Of a stretch of 64,000 bases of DNA, positions 1 through 8,672 are shown piece after piece (the first letter of the stretch is position 1; each line of letters starts with the position of its first letter). The translations under genes and the position numbers were made by a program. The DNA is taken from NCBI GenBank assembly GCA_018969705.1, contig JAGWXV010000001.1:41128-105127 (forward strand), in the 5' to 3' direction. This DNA comes from Betaproteobacteria bacterium. Its GTDB lineage: Bacteria > Pseudomonadota > Gammaproteobacteria > Burkholderiales > Burkholderiaceae_A. The notes below the pieces were generated by a model. That model was not told where the DNA came from and did not search any database. It worked only from the letters and a program-made list of their open reading frames with translations.

Positions 1-191
1 GCAGCTGCAGCGCCTGCCACCAGCGTGATGCCGAGCGTGGCATTGATCAGGATTCCAAGCGGCACCCAGCCCGGCGTGGACAGCGCCATACCAATTACCG
101 CGCAGAAGGTGATCAACATCACTACTCGGGGCTTGGTCAGCGCCAAATATTGCTTCAGCAAAGACGATTGGGGCAGGGTGAAATCACTCAT
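1..191 (-). CDS. cyoE: Heme o synthase (protoheme IX farnesyltransferase), 5' part; runs off the window
   Basis: Manual translation from the ATG at 191 gives [37 protein letters not shown]..., the typical CyoE/CtaB N-terminal LTKPRV motif; lies at the end of the cox cluster. Confidence 0.9.
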   Translation of the reverse strand, partial: MSDFTLPQSSLLKQYLALTKPRVVMLITFCAVIGMALSTPGWVPLGILINATLGITLVAGAAA

Positions 192-209
192 CTAAAAATA
201 TGGCCGGCC

Positions 210-872
210 TTAGCCGATGCGAGACGCCTTTAGTAAACGATTCAGATCTTTTTTCATACTGCTGGGATCAGGGTTATCCGGAAAGCGCATCATCAGATTT
301 CCCAGTGGATCAATCATCCAGATATTACTCGCGCCAGCGTTGCGGGAGACCGACTGGGCGGCGACTGACAACCAATTGGCAATCAAGACCTCTTGGTCCG
401 CCATCGTGCCGAGCCGTACCACCCAGAGGCCCTCATGTTCGGCCATCAATGCAGCATCTGGGGCGCCATCATCAGTCAGAATCCATATACGCTCGACGCG
501 ATCCCGCTCACGGCCGGCAGTAAGTCGCAGCTGACGCATCAGCCAGAGCTCCTGCTGGCAGGCCTGGGTGCAATCCGATGGCCCGATCCTGACCATTAGC
601 CATCTGCCTGACCAGCCCCCAAGTGTTGCAAGCGGTCGGCGGGTCCGGCTCTCGGCTTGAATCGCAATAAAAGCGCTCTCGGATTTCGGGCTAATTACGG
701 GGCGCACCGGTAGCGAAACCACAGTCACCTGAGGCTCAACAAAGTCTCCGTAATTGGTTCGGCCCTCGGGCTTAATGCCGTAATAAGTGATGTAGGAAGC
801 AATCACGGGCGCCAGTGTCACTGCCAGCACGCCCCAAAGTGGCCAGAGGTTTCGACGATGCTGCGGTCTCAT
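210..872 (-). CDS. SCO-like / thioredoxin-fold cytochrome oxidase assembly protein
   Basis: N-terminal TM helix, TNYG motif, CxxxC (CTQAC) and C-terminal IDPLGNLMMRFP; usual position after SURF1. Confidence 0.8.
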   Translation of the reverse strand: MRPQHRRNLWPLWGVLAVTLAPVIASYITYYGIKPEGRTNYGDFVEPQVTVVSLPVRPVISPKSESAFIAIQAESRTRRPLATLGGWSGRWLMVRIGPSDCTQACQQELWLMRQLRLTAGRERDRVERIWILTDDGAPDAALMAEHEGLWVVRLGTMADQEVLIANWLSVAAQSVSRNAGASNIWMIDPLGNLMMRFPDNPDPSSMKKDLNRLLKASRIG

Positions 873-882
873 TGAATCATTT

Positions 883-1641
883 CTAGTTCAGGGTGCTGGT
901 GGTGGTCTTCGGCCCACGCGGCCGAAGTCGAAACGCAAAAAACAGACAGGCGAGACAAATCAAAAACCACTGTGCGGCATAGCCCAGATGCTTAGAGACA
1001 TCATCCGCGACCTCAGGCAGCCGACGCAAAAGCCCATCAGAAGTCTCAGTGATTTGCCAGACAATCACCGGCCAGACCCGATCATCGCCAATGCGCTGCC
1101 CAGACGCCTGCCAATCAAAGTTTTGCCACACATTATCTGCGCCCTGGCTGAGGTCCTGCTTGCCCAACTCAATCCGCTTCATGATGGAGGCAAGCGCGAG
1201 GCCCTCAAGACGCGTCGCGTCGGCGGCCGCGGGAATCGCCACCTGATTCACGCCTGGCGGCTTTGGCATCCAGCCGCGATTCACCCAGACCCGACTGGAA
1301 TCCGGCAACACCATGGGCGTAAGCACATGGACCCCTGCGCGGCCCTCCCAGGCCCGGTTATCCAAAGCAATAGAGGACGAATGCAGCCACTTTCCGGTCA
1401 GCACTACACGCTGCTGATCAAGATCCCGCGCGGCAATTCCGTTTTTCCATGGTGACTCTGGTCCGCCCAATGCCGCCGGCGTCTGGCGGCCGATGCGAAG
1501 ATCGATCATGGCCTGCTTTTCATCGGCCCGGCTTAACTGCCAGAGGCCGAGTTGAATTGCTGTGGTGGCAAGCCCAAGAAACACAATGACTGCCGCCCAG
1601 GCCCGGACCGGCCGGCCAATCACCGACGCAGACTCCTGCAC
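883..1641 (-). CDS. SURF1 family cytochrome oxidase assembly protein (true start possibly GTG at 1623)
   Basis: LGLWQLSRADEK, VNRGW and HLGYAAQWF motifs; AGGAG precedes the GTG at 1623. Confidence 0.9.
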   Translation of the reverse strand: MQESASVIGRPVRAWAAVIVFLGLATTAIQLGLWQLSRADEKQAMIDLRIGRQTPAALGGPESPWKNGIAARDLDQQRVVLTGKWLHSSSIALDNRAWEGRAGVHVLTPMVLPDSSRVWVNRGWMPKPPGVNQVAIPAAADATRLEGLALASIMKRIELGKQDLSQGADNVWQNFDWQASGQRIGDDRVWPVIVWQITETSDGLLRRLPEVADDVSKHLGYAAQWFLICLACLFFAFRLRPRGPKTTTSTLN

Positions 1642-1653
1642 AATAGGGGGTCC

Positions 1654-1857
1654 ATGCGAATTTTTATTGCCCTTGTTTTTGCTCTCATTCTCATCAGCCT
1701 TGGATCCGCACTGTTTTACTTGATGCGCGATAAAGGCACGAGCGATAAGACTGTGCGGGCCCTCGCGCTTCGCGTGGGCTTTTCGGTGGCGCTGTTTCTT
1801 TTTTTAATCGCTGCCCATCAACTCGGCTGGATCGAGTCGACGGGCCTGCGCTACTGA
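1654..1857 (+). CDS. Twin-transmembrane-helix small protein (DUF2909)
   Basis: 67 aa MRIFIALVF...SLGSALFYLMRDKG...ALALRVGFSVALF; conserved antisense position between coxC and SURF1. Confidence 0.85.
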   Translation: MRIFIALVFALILISLGSALFYLMRDKGTSDKTVRALALRVGFSVALFLFLIAAHQLGWIESTGLRY

Positions 1858-1858
1858 G

Positions 1859-2722
1859 TTACAGCCAGTACACCAGGATATAAAGCCCCAGCCAGACCAC
1901 GTCAACGAAGTGCCAGTACCAGGCCGCTGCTTCAAAAGCGAAATGGTGATTCGGTCTGAAGTGGCCCCGCACACATCGGGCGAGAACAACAGTCAGCATG
2001 ATGGCGCCGACGCAGACGTGGAATCCATGAAAGCCGGTCAACATAAAGAACGTTGAACCAAAAATGCCGGAAGTCAGCTTTAGATTTAGGTCACGATAGG
2101 CATGGATGTACTCATAGGCCTGAAAGCCCACGAAGATAAATCCCAGCAAAATCGTGGCGGCCAGCCAGAAATTCAGCTTGCCGCGATGATTCTCACGCAG
2201 CGCGTGGTGGGCGATGGTCAGCGTCACCCCCGAGGTCAGCAGTAACGCCGTGTTGATGGTGGGGATCCAAAACGGCCCCATGGTTTTGTATTCTTCAATC
2301 AGACCTGCTGGGCCGCTGCCCTTGCCCCACTGGGCGAGAAAGTCCGGCCAAAGAAATGACTTGTGGTCTAGATCACCCAGCCAGGGCATTGAGATCACCC
2401 GGGCATAAAACAGGGCCCCAAAAAATGCTGCGAAAAACATAACTTCAGAGAAGATGAACCAGCTCATGCTCCAGCGAAAGCTCGCATCTACCCGGCTGTT
2501 GTACTGGCCGGACTCGGACTCCGCAATGACAGTACCAAACCAGCCAAAGAACATGTAGATCAAGACTACGAAGCCAGCCAGCAGCGTCCAGGGGCCATAG
2601 GCCTGGCCATTGATCGTGCCGACTGCGCCAAACAGGGTCAGAATCATGGCGATCGATCCGACGGCCGGCCACTTACTGGGCGCGGGCACAAAATAGTATG
2701 GTGCGTGGCTTGTTGAACTCAT
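1859..2722 (-). CDS. coxC: Cytochrome c oxidase subunit III
   Basis: WFIFSEVMFF, TGFHGFHV and AAWYWHFVDVVW motifs. Confidence 0.97.
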   Translation of the reverse strand: MSSTSHAPYYFVPAPSKWPAVGSIAMILTLFGAVGTINGQAYGPWTLLAGFVVLIYMFFGWFGTVIAESESGQYNSRVDASFRWSMSWFIFSEVMFFAAFFGALFYARVISMPWLGDLDHKSFLWPDFLAQWGKGSGPAGLIEEYKTMGPFWIPTINTALLLTSGVTLTIAHHALRENHRGKLNFWLAATILLGFIFVGFQAYEYIHAYRDLNLKLTSGIFGSTFFMLTGFHGFHVCVGAIMLTVVLARCVRGHFRPNHHFAFEAAAWYWHFVDVVWLGLYILVYWL

Positions 2723-2809
2723 CGATCTCCCTTTCAAGTTCTTTCTTTAAACGAATCTGTCACTAAACAAACGCATTCCAATCTTCGAACATCCTGCGGT
2801 ACGGACCGA

Positions 2810-3022
2810 TTAGCCCAAAATGAACCGGACCAGCACGACCAACGACACCACAAACAAGGCACCCGCTAACACGCCGGTGATGATGACATGCACCGGATTT
2901 AGACTGGCCATATCGCGCTCGTGATCACGGCCCTTTCGGACCCCGAAAAACGACCACAGCACTGCGCCAAGCGTCTGCAGAAAACTGCTGCTACGGGCAG
3001 ACGCCTGCTTTAAATCATTCAA
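2810..3022 (-). CDS. DUF2970 family small membrane protein
   Basis: AVLWSFFGVRK...D...LNPVHVII motif; conserved in cox clusters. Confidence 0.85.
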   Translation of the reverse strand: MNDLKQASARSSSFLQTLGAVLWSFFGVRKGRDHERDMASLNPVHVIITGVLAGALFVVSLVVLVRFILG

Positions 3023-3026
3023 CCGC

Positions 3027-3665
3027 TCAGCCCCCAGTCTTGCTGGGCTGCGCCACGATCGGGCCCGGCCCTATGGCGGACTTCAAACCGGCAACTTCAA
3101 AAAATGTATAGCTCAGGGTAATCGTGCCAATATCAGTCGGCAGTTTCGGATCAATCACAAAGACCACCGGGAATTCACGTTTCTGACTGCCTTTGAGGGC
3201 CTGCTGCTCGAAACAAAAACACTCAAGCTTTTTGAAGTGGCTTGCCGAGTGTCGGGGGGCATAACTTGGAATTGCCTGGCCCACGAGATCATGGCTGGTT
3301 ACGTTGATGATTTCGTAGGTAACGGTGGCCAGCTCACCCGGATGGACCTTCATGTAGGCCACCTTCGGCTTAAACAACATTGAGCCCTGGACGTTGGCAT
3401 CAAACTCAATCGTGATGCTGCGACTGGTATCCACCTGAGTGTTGCGGGCGAACTCCCGGGCCTCGGCGTAATTAAGCTTGTCTTTTCTGGCTAAGACATT
3501 GATGCCCGTAATTTCACAGATCTTTTCGTAAAACGGCACCAACGCAAACCCAAAACCAAACATCAGAATTGCCACCATCAAGAGCTTACCCATCATGCGG
3601 CTGTTCTCCGCAGTGGGCTTGGCTGGCGCATCCGGCGTTGGCCTGGATTCGGGCTTCTGACTCAT
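3027..3665 (-). CDS. ctaG: Cytochrome c oxidase assembly protein CtaG/Cox11
   Basis: MFGFGFALVPFY...C, KLECFCF copper-binding motif, TLSYTFF. Confidence 0.95.
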   Translation of the reverse strand: MSQKPESRPTPDAPAKPTAENSRMMGKLLMVAILMFGFGFALVPFYEKICEITGINVLARKDKLNYAEAREFARNTQVDTSRSITIEFDANVQGSMLFKPKVAYMKVHPGELATVTYEIINVTSHDLVGQAIPSYAPRHSASHFKKLECFCFEQQALKGSQKREFPVVFVIDPKLPTDIGTITLSYTFFEVAGLKSAIGPGPIVAQPSKTGG

Positions 3666-3769
3666 ACCGGAAAGAGGAAATACTTCGCCACGATGCCTGC
3701 AAAGAACGTGGCCGCCACTGATGCAAGGATCAGGGCAAGCCGCAGATTTGAGCGCTGCTCTTGGGCCAC
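3662..3769 (-). CDS. Small cytochrome oxidase-associated membrane peptide (about 35 aa)
   Basis: GTG start; (M)AQEQRSNLRLALILASVAATFFAGIVAKYFLFPV is a single TM helix; fills the coxA-ctaG gap and overlaps the ctaG start (ATGA). Confidence 0.7.
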   Translation of the reverse strand: MAQEQRSNLRLALILASVAATFFAGIVAKYFLFPV

Positions 3770-3782
3770 GTTCAGCACAGCC

Positions 3783-5393
3783 TTAGTGGCTCTGGCCTTT
3801 GAATGCCGGAGGTGTCTCAAAGGTGTGGAAGGGCGCTGGCGACGGCACCGTCCACTCCAGGCCACCCTGATCGCTCTCCCAGGTGTTGTCCGCTGACTTT
3901 GGGCCACCCTTGATGCATTTGATGATGATGTAAAGCAGCAGCAGCTGGGTGAGTCCGAAGCCAAATGCGCCTACCGAGGCCAAGGCATTGAAGTCTGCGA
4001 ACTGCATGTTGTAGTCGGCGTACCGACGCGGCATACCGGCAAGGCCCAAGAAGTGCATGGGGAAGAAGGTGACATTGAAAAAGACCATCGACATCCAGAA
4101 GTGCCACTTTCCCAGGGTCTCGTCATACATGTGGCCTGTCCATTTTGGCAGCCAGTAATACAAGCCTGCGAAGAGCGCGAAGAGCGATCCGGCCACCAGC
4201 ACGTAGTGGAAGTGGGCCACCACGTAATAGGTGTCGTGCAGTTGAATATCAAGCGGCGCCACAGAAAGGATGATGCCGGTCAGGCCGCCCATGGTGAACA
4301 CAAAGATAAAGCCAATCGCAAAGAGCATTGGAGTCTCAAAGGTCATCGACCCGCGCCACATGGTCGCCAACCAATTGAAAATCTTCACGCCCGTTGGCAC
4401 TGCAATCAGCATGGTGGCGTACATAAAGAAAAGCTGGCCGGCCACCGGCATGCCCGTGGTGAACATATGGTGGGCCCAGACCACAAACGACAGAATCGCA
4501 ATTGATGCAGTCGCGTAGACCATGGAGCTATAGCCAAACAGGCGCTTGCGGGAGAATGTCGGAATGATTTCCGACACGATTCCGAAGGCCGGAAGAATCA
4601 TGATGTAGACCTCGGGGTGGCCAAAAAACCAGAAGATGTGCTGGTACATCACAGGGTCACCGCCGCCTGCCGCATTAAAGAAGCTGGTGCCAAAGTGGCG
4701 ATCAGTCAGCATCATGGTGATGGCGCCTGCCAGCACTGGCATCACTGCAATCAACAAATAGGCCGTAATCAGCCAGGTCCACACAAACATTGGCATCTTC
4801 ATGAGGGTCATGCCAGGTGCGCGCATGTTCAGGATCGTCGTGATGATGTTGATCGAGCCCATGATGGAGCTCGCGCCGAGAATGTGGACGGCGAAAATCG
4901 CCATGTCCATGCCAACACCCATCTGGGTAGAAAGTGGCGCATACAGTGTCCAGCCGGCTGCGGTTGCACCGCCCGGTACAAAAAATGAGCTCACCAGCAG
5001 CAGGGCAGCCGGGATCAGCAGCCAGAAGCTCAGGTTATTCATCCGCGCAAAGGCCATGTCGCTCGCGCCAATCTGCAGCGGAATCATCCAGTTCGCAAAG
5101 CCAACAAAGGCCGGCATGATGGCGCCGAACACCATGATCAGGCCGTGCATCGTGGTGAACTGGTTAAAGAGTTCTGGATTCAGAATCTGCAGGCCGGGCT
5201 TGAAGAGTTCAGCACGGATGCCGAGGGCCAGAAAGCCGCCGACAAACAGCATTGCAAAACTGAACCAGAGGTACATCGTGCCGATGTCCTTGTGGTTTGT
5301 TGCAAACAGCCAGCGCCGCCAGCCGTGCGGATGATCATGGGCATGGTCATCGTGACCAGCAATTCCATGCTGAGGTCCAAGTACTGCGCTCAT
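3783..5393 (-). CDS. ctaD: Cytochrome c oxidase subunit I (A1 type)
   Basis: [35 protein letters not shown] and GMPRRY motifs. Confidence 0.99.
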   Translation of the reverse strand: MSAVLGPQHGIAGHDDHAHDHPHGWRRWLFATNHKDIGTMYLWFSFAMLFVGGFLALGIRAELFKPGLQILNPELFNQFTTMHGLIMVFGAIMPAFVGFANWMIPLQIGASDMAFARMNNLSFWLLIPAALLLVSSFFVPGGATAAGWTLYAPLSTQMGVGMDMAIFAVHILGASSIMGSINIITTILNMRAPGMTLMKMPMFVWTWLITAYLLIAVMPVLAGAITMMLTDRHFGTSFFNAAGGGDPVMYQHIFWFFGHPEVYIMILPAFGIVSEIIPTFSRKRLFGYSSMVYATASIAILSFVVWAHHMFTTGMPVAGQLFFMYATMLIAVPTGVKIFNWLATMWRGSMTFETPMLFAIGFIFVFTMGGLTGIILSVAPLDIQLHDTYYVVAHFHYVLVAGSLFALFAGLYYWLPKWTGHMYDETLGKWHFWMSMVFFNVTFFPMHFLGLAGMPRRYADYNMQFADFNALASVGAFGFGLTQLLLLYIIIKCIKGGPKSADNTWESDQGGLEWTVPSPAPFHTFETPPAFKGQSH

Positions 5394-5423
5394 TGAGTTC
5401 TCCTTGATCGGGCGGTCTGCGGT

Positions 5424-6185
5424 TTATTTTTGAATAGGCGCTGCCACGGCAGCAGTCTTTACGAGGGCGGGCTTAGGCTGGGCGGCAATCCACTTGGCAT
5501 ATTCCTCGGCCGAGACGACCTTCACCACAATCGGCATAAAGGCGTGGTCTTTGCCGCAGAGCTCAGCGCAATGGCCGCGATAGGTGCCTTCTTTTTCTGC
5601 CTTAAACCAGGTGTCGCGGACAAAGCCTGGGATCGCATCTTGCTTTACACCAAAAGCCGGCACCATCCAGGCATGAATCACATCGTTGGCGGTGATCACC
5701 ATACGAATCTTTTTGCCCACGGGAACCACCATTGGGTTATCGACCTCCGATAGATAGTGCTCACCCTTAGGGGCCAGGCCCAGGATCTGATCACGCGGCG
5801 TGGACAGTCCCGACACAAACGAGATGCCTTGGCCCTCGCCTTTGAGATAGTCGTAGCCCCATTTCCACTGCATGCCAGTGGCTTTAATTGTGATGTCCGC
5901 ATCGGCTGTGTTTTTCTGGGCAATCACCACGGGCGTGGCATAGATGCCAATCACCACCACGATCAAGAACGGGACAATGGTCCAGGCAATCTCAACGGCC
6001 GTGCTCTCATGAAAATCTGCCGCTTTATGGCCTTTGGATTTGCGGTGGGCGTAGATTGAATAAAACATGACGGCAAACACCGCCACAAAAATAACAAGAC
6101 AGACCCACAGCAAAACGGTGTGCATCGTGTAGATATCAGATGCGATTCCTGTTGCTGGTGTCTGTAGGTTGTAACGTCCATCCAT
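5424..6185 (-). CDS. coxB: Cytochrome c oxidase subunit II (no signal peptide, no fused cytochrome c)
   Basis: EIAWTIVP, QWKWGYDY, DVIHAW and CuA motif CAELCGKDHAFM. Confidence 0.97.
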   Translation of the reverse strand: MDGRYNLQTPATGIASDIYTMHTVLLWVCLVIFVAVFAVMFYSIYAHRKSKGHKAADFHESTAVEIAWTIVPFLIVVVIGIYATPVVIAQKNTADADITIKATGMQWKWGYDYLKGEGQGISFVSGLSTPRDQILGLAPKGEHYLSEVDNPMVVPVGKKIRMVITANDVIHAWMVPAFGVKQDAIPGFVRDTWFKAEKEGTYRGHCAELCGKDHAFMPIVVKVVSAEEYAKWIAAQPKPALVKTAAVAAPIQK

Positions 6186-6237
6186 GTGCCGCTTCTCCCC
6201 GTCTCAACTATTCTTCTTACCGTGCACTGGGATTGCT

Positions 6238-6681
6238 TTAAACCGCCAGTGCCAATCGAAACTCTTCAAAAAACTGCTGCCTATCGGCGCGGCTCACAAA
6301 CCGCCCAATCTCAACTCCGCCGCTCGGGCTATCCAGTCGGACCAGCCCCTTTGACGACTCTTCCATCCTGCAGCGCAGCCATGCCCGCGGCAACTCTACT
6401 CGCCGAAGCGACTCCCCGAGCAGTACCTCAACCTGCACAGAGTCTTGCGCAAGCGTGATCCGCTCCTGGTCTCGCGCATGTCGGGCATAGGCCAAAAATG
6501 CAACTGCGAGCACCAGCAACTCAATGGCTGCGAAGGGGAGAACGATCCAAGCGCCCGTAACTGCCCAGGCGGTAGCGATCAGCAGCGACGTGGCGCCAAT
6601 TAAGCAAAATGCCACAGCCAACTGTCGAGGTGAAAGGGCGCAATTGCGCCGCAACACCCAAGACTTCGACAAAGCCTCCAT
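6238..6681 (-). CDS. DUF2244 family membrane protein
   Basis: WVLRRNCALSPRQL, YARHARDQE and VEIGRF motifs; usual position upstream of coxB. Confidence 0.88.
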   Translation of the reverse strand: MEALSKSWVLRRNCALSPRQLAVAFCLIGATSLLIATAWAVTGAWIVLPFAAIELLVLAVAFLAYARHARDQERITLAQDSVQVEVLLGESLRRVELPRAWLRCRMEESSKGLVRLDSPSGGVEIGRFVSRADRQQFFEEFRLALAV

Positions 6682-6724
6682 GCCTCTCCCCCAACTGCTT
6701 AAGCCTGATGACTAAGTCCAGCGG

Positions 6725-6730
6725 ATTATA
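6725..6730 (-). promoter_or_regulatory. Putative sigma70 -10 box for the DUF2244-cox operon
   Basis: Perfect TATAAT on the minus strand 44 nt upstream of the DUF2244 start, followed by a GGGGGAG SD; no convincing -35. Confidence 0.5.
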
Positions 6731-6736
6731 GACGGG

Positions 6737-7492
6737 CTAAGGATCTCTGTGATTTTTAGGTGCCCAGACAATCGGCCGCTCCTGGCCCGGATCGTCTAAC
6801 TTTCGCGGCGATTGCAAATCCCTGGCCCAGGCATGGCCGAAGATGCACTCGACGCTTAATCGAATCAGTCCTGCGTGCCTGAGGGCCTCCAGGGCCTGCA
6901 GGACCCCGCCCCGCCAGGCCCTGCCCGACAGGCCCGCAGGCCTGCCCGTCAGTGGGTTACCACCGAGCGCACGGATGTCGGCCAAGGCCGACTCGGCTGT
7001 GGAATAGGTGAATTCCAGCCATTCCGCATCCATGACCGGGTCACTCATGCCCAGGCTGACCAGGGCATCTCCGATATCGTGCATGTCAGGGTGGGACGGG
7101 ACATGCTGTGACTGCGCCGTATCGCCGAGGGCCATCGCCAGACCGCGTAACGTGTCAGGACCAAAAGTCACAAACATCAGAAGGCCCGAAGGTGCCAGTC
7201 GGCTGGACCAAAAGCCGAGCGTGGCCCGAAGATCGGACAAGTAGGCGAGAAGGCCCACCGACCAGATCAGCTGCTGGGAGCCTTGCTCGAGATTTACCGG
7301 CTGGCCCAACATTTCAATGCCGTGGTCAAAGCGGGCCCCGGACGGCGGGCGGATATACGAAAAGCGGTCTGAAAGTCGGGCCTGCGCCTGCTGCCAAAAC
7401 GGGTGCCGCTGCACCTCTGCGGTCGATCGCCGCTGCAGCTGCAGCCGCACGCTGCGGGGATCGACCGGCCGGATGAGGGGATCTTTTTGCAC
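6737..7492 (-). CDS. BioC/NDUFAF5-like methyltransferase-family protein, degenerate SAM-binding motif
   Basis: C-terminal motifs LMFVTFGPDTL, DMHDIGDAL, PVMDAE and IFGHAW; in-frame GTG at 7492 removes the overlap with comF. Confidence 0.8.
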   Translation of the reverse strand: MQKDPLIRPVDPRSVRLQLQRRSTAEVQRHPFWQQAQARLSDRFSYIRPPSGARFDHGIEMLGQPVNLEQGSQQLIWSVGLLAYLSDLRATLGFWSSRLAPSGLLMFVTFGPDTLRGLAMALGDTAQSQHVPSHPDMHDIGDALVSLGMSDPVMDAEWLEFTYSTAESALADIRALGGNPLTGRPAGLSGRAWRGGVLQALEALRHAGLIRLSVECIFGHAWARDLQSPRKLDDPGQERPIVWAPKNHRDP

Positions 7493-7512
7493 CGGCTCAG
7501 TATAGTCAAGCG

Positions 7513-8196
7513 GTGTTTGAAACCCCTTGTTTTTCAGGCCTGCGGCAGCTTTTGCGTCGCGCACTACACGCGCCATGCCGGCTCTGCGCAACATATGCCC
7601 AGGGTGAGGAGCTCTGCAAAAGCTGCGCCCATCGCATCGCCCAAACTCCCTGGGGCGTCAGCACCTTGAGCGTTGAAGGCAGCCGAATACCGATTCTCTG
7701 GCGTGAGGTCTATGGCGGACCGCTCACAGAATTAATCTATCAATCGAAATATCACGGTGTCTGGCCGATTGCGGCCTTACTTGGACGGCAACTCGGCGCG
7801 TTGCCTCGGCCCTGGATGGGGCCTGCGCCTGTGGCGGTTCCGATCCCACTCTCCCGACGCCGGCTTGCCCGACGCGGCTATAACCAATCCTCCATCATTG
7901 CCCGCATGGCGGCCCGTCACTGGGGAATATCAATGCGCGAACGTTGGCTTGAAAAAATCAGAAGTACTCCGCGACAGGCAGCGCTCAGCCGGGCTGCTCG
8001 TCGCGAAAATTTGTCGGAGAGTTTTCGGGCCAATCACGCAGTCGCCCATCAGCGTGTGATACTTCTTGATGACATCATGACCAGTGGCAGCACCCTACGC
8101 GAAGCCATTCGCGCAATTCATTGCTGCGGCGGCCAGGTAATCGGTGCCGCCGTTATTGCGCGCGTAGGCCCACCGTGCCTCGTGTTGAAACCCTAA
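7513..8196 (+). CDS. comF: ComF family phosphoribosyltransferase-domain protein
   Basis: CRLC...LCKSC, VPIPLS..R...RGYNQS and PRT motif VILLDDIMTSGSTL. Confidence 0.9.
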   Translation: MFETPCFSGLRQLLRRALHAPCRLCATYAQGEELCKSCAHRIAQTPWGVSTLSVEGSRIPILWREVYGGPLTELIYQSKYHGVWPIAALLGRQLGALPRPWMGPAPVAVPIPLSRRRLARRGYNQSSIIARMAARHWGISMRERWLEKIRSTPRQAALSRAARRENLSESFRANHAVAHQRVILLDDIMTSGSTLREAIRAIHCCGGQVIGAAVIARVGPPCLVLKP

Positions 8197-8204
8197 GCCA
8201 AGCC

Positions 8205-8672
8205 ATGCTCAACATCGTGCTCGTGGCACCAGAGATACCGCCAAATACTGGCAACATCATCCGCCTCTGCGCAAACACCGGCGTTCGGCTGTACTTAGTG
8301 GAGCCGCTCGGATTTCCAATCGATGACAGCAAAATGCGGCGTGCGGGCCTGGACTATCGCGAACGGACATCATTTCATGTCCATTCCTCGTGGCAGCATT
8401 TTCTTGAAACAACATCACCGGCGCTAAATCGAATGTTTGCAATCACAACAAAGGGTCAGCAATCACTTTTCGATCATCAGTTTTTTGAAAACGACTGGCT
8501 GGTCTTCGGATCCGAAACGAAAGGCCTTGGTGATCTGCTCCAGGAATTTTCATCTGCGCAGCGGCTGAGAATTCCAATGCGGCCGGATAACCGAAGCCTA
8601 AACCTCTCTAATGCGGTCGCAATCAGCGTCTATGAGGCCTGGCGGCAGCTTGATTTTGATGGCGCAATTTAA
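8205..8672 (+). CDS. trmL: tRNA (cytidine/uridine(34)-2'-O)-methyltransferase
   Basis: PEIPPNTGNIIRLCAN, RRAGLDY, FGSETKGL and RSLNLSN SPOUT motifs. Confidence 0.95.
   Translation: MLNIVLVAPEIPPNTGNIIRLCANTGVRLYLVEPLGFPIDDSKMRRAGLDYRERTSFHVHSSWQHFLETTSPALNRMFAITTKGQQSLFDHQFFENDWLVFGSETKGLGDLLQEFSSAQRLRIPMRPDNRSLNLSNAVAISVYEAWRQLDFDGAI

Noticed and set aside
6705-6740. CTGATGA resembling a hammerhead ribozyme core
   Set aside because: No stem II followed by GAAA and no flanking stems
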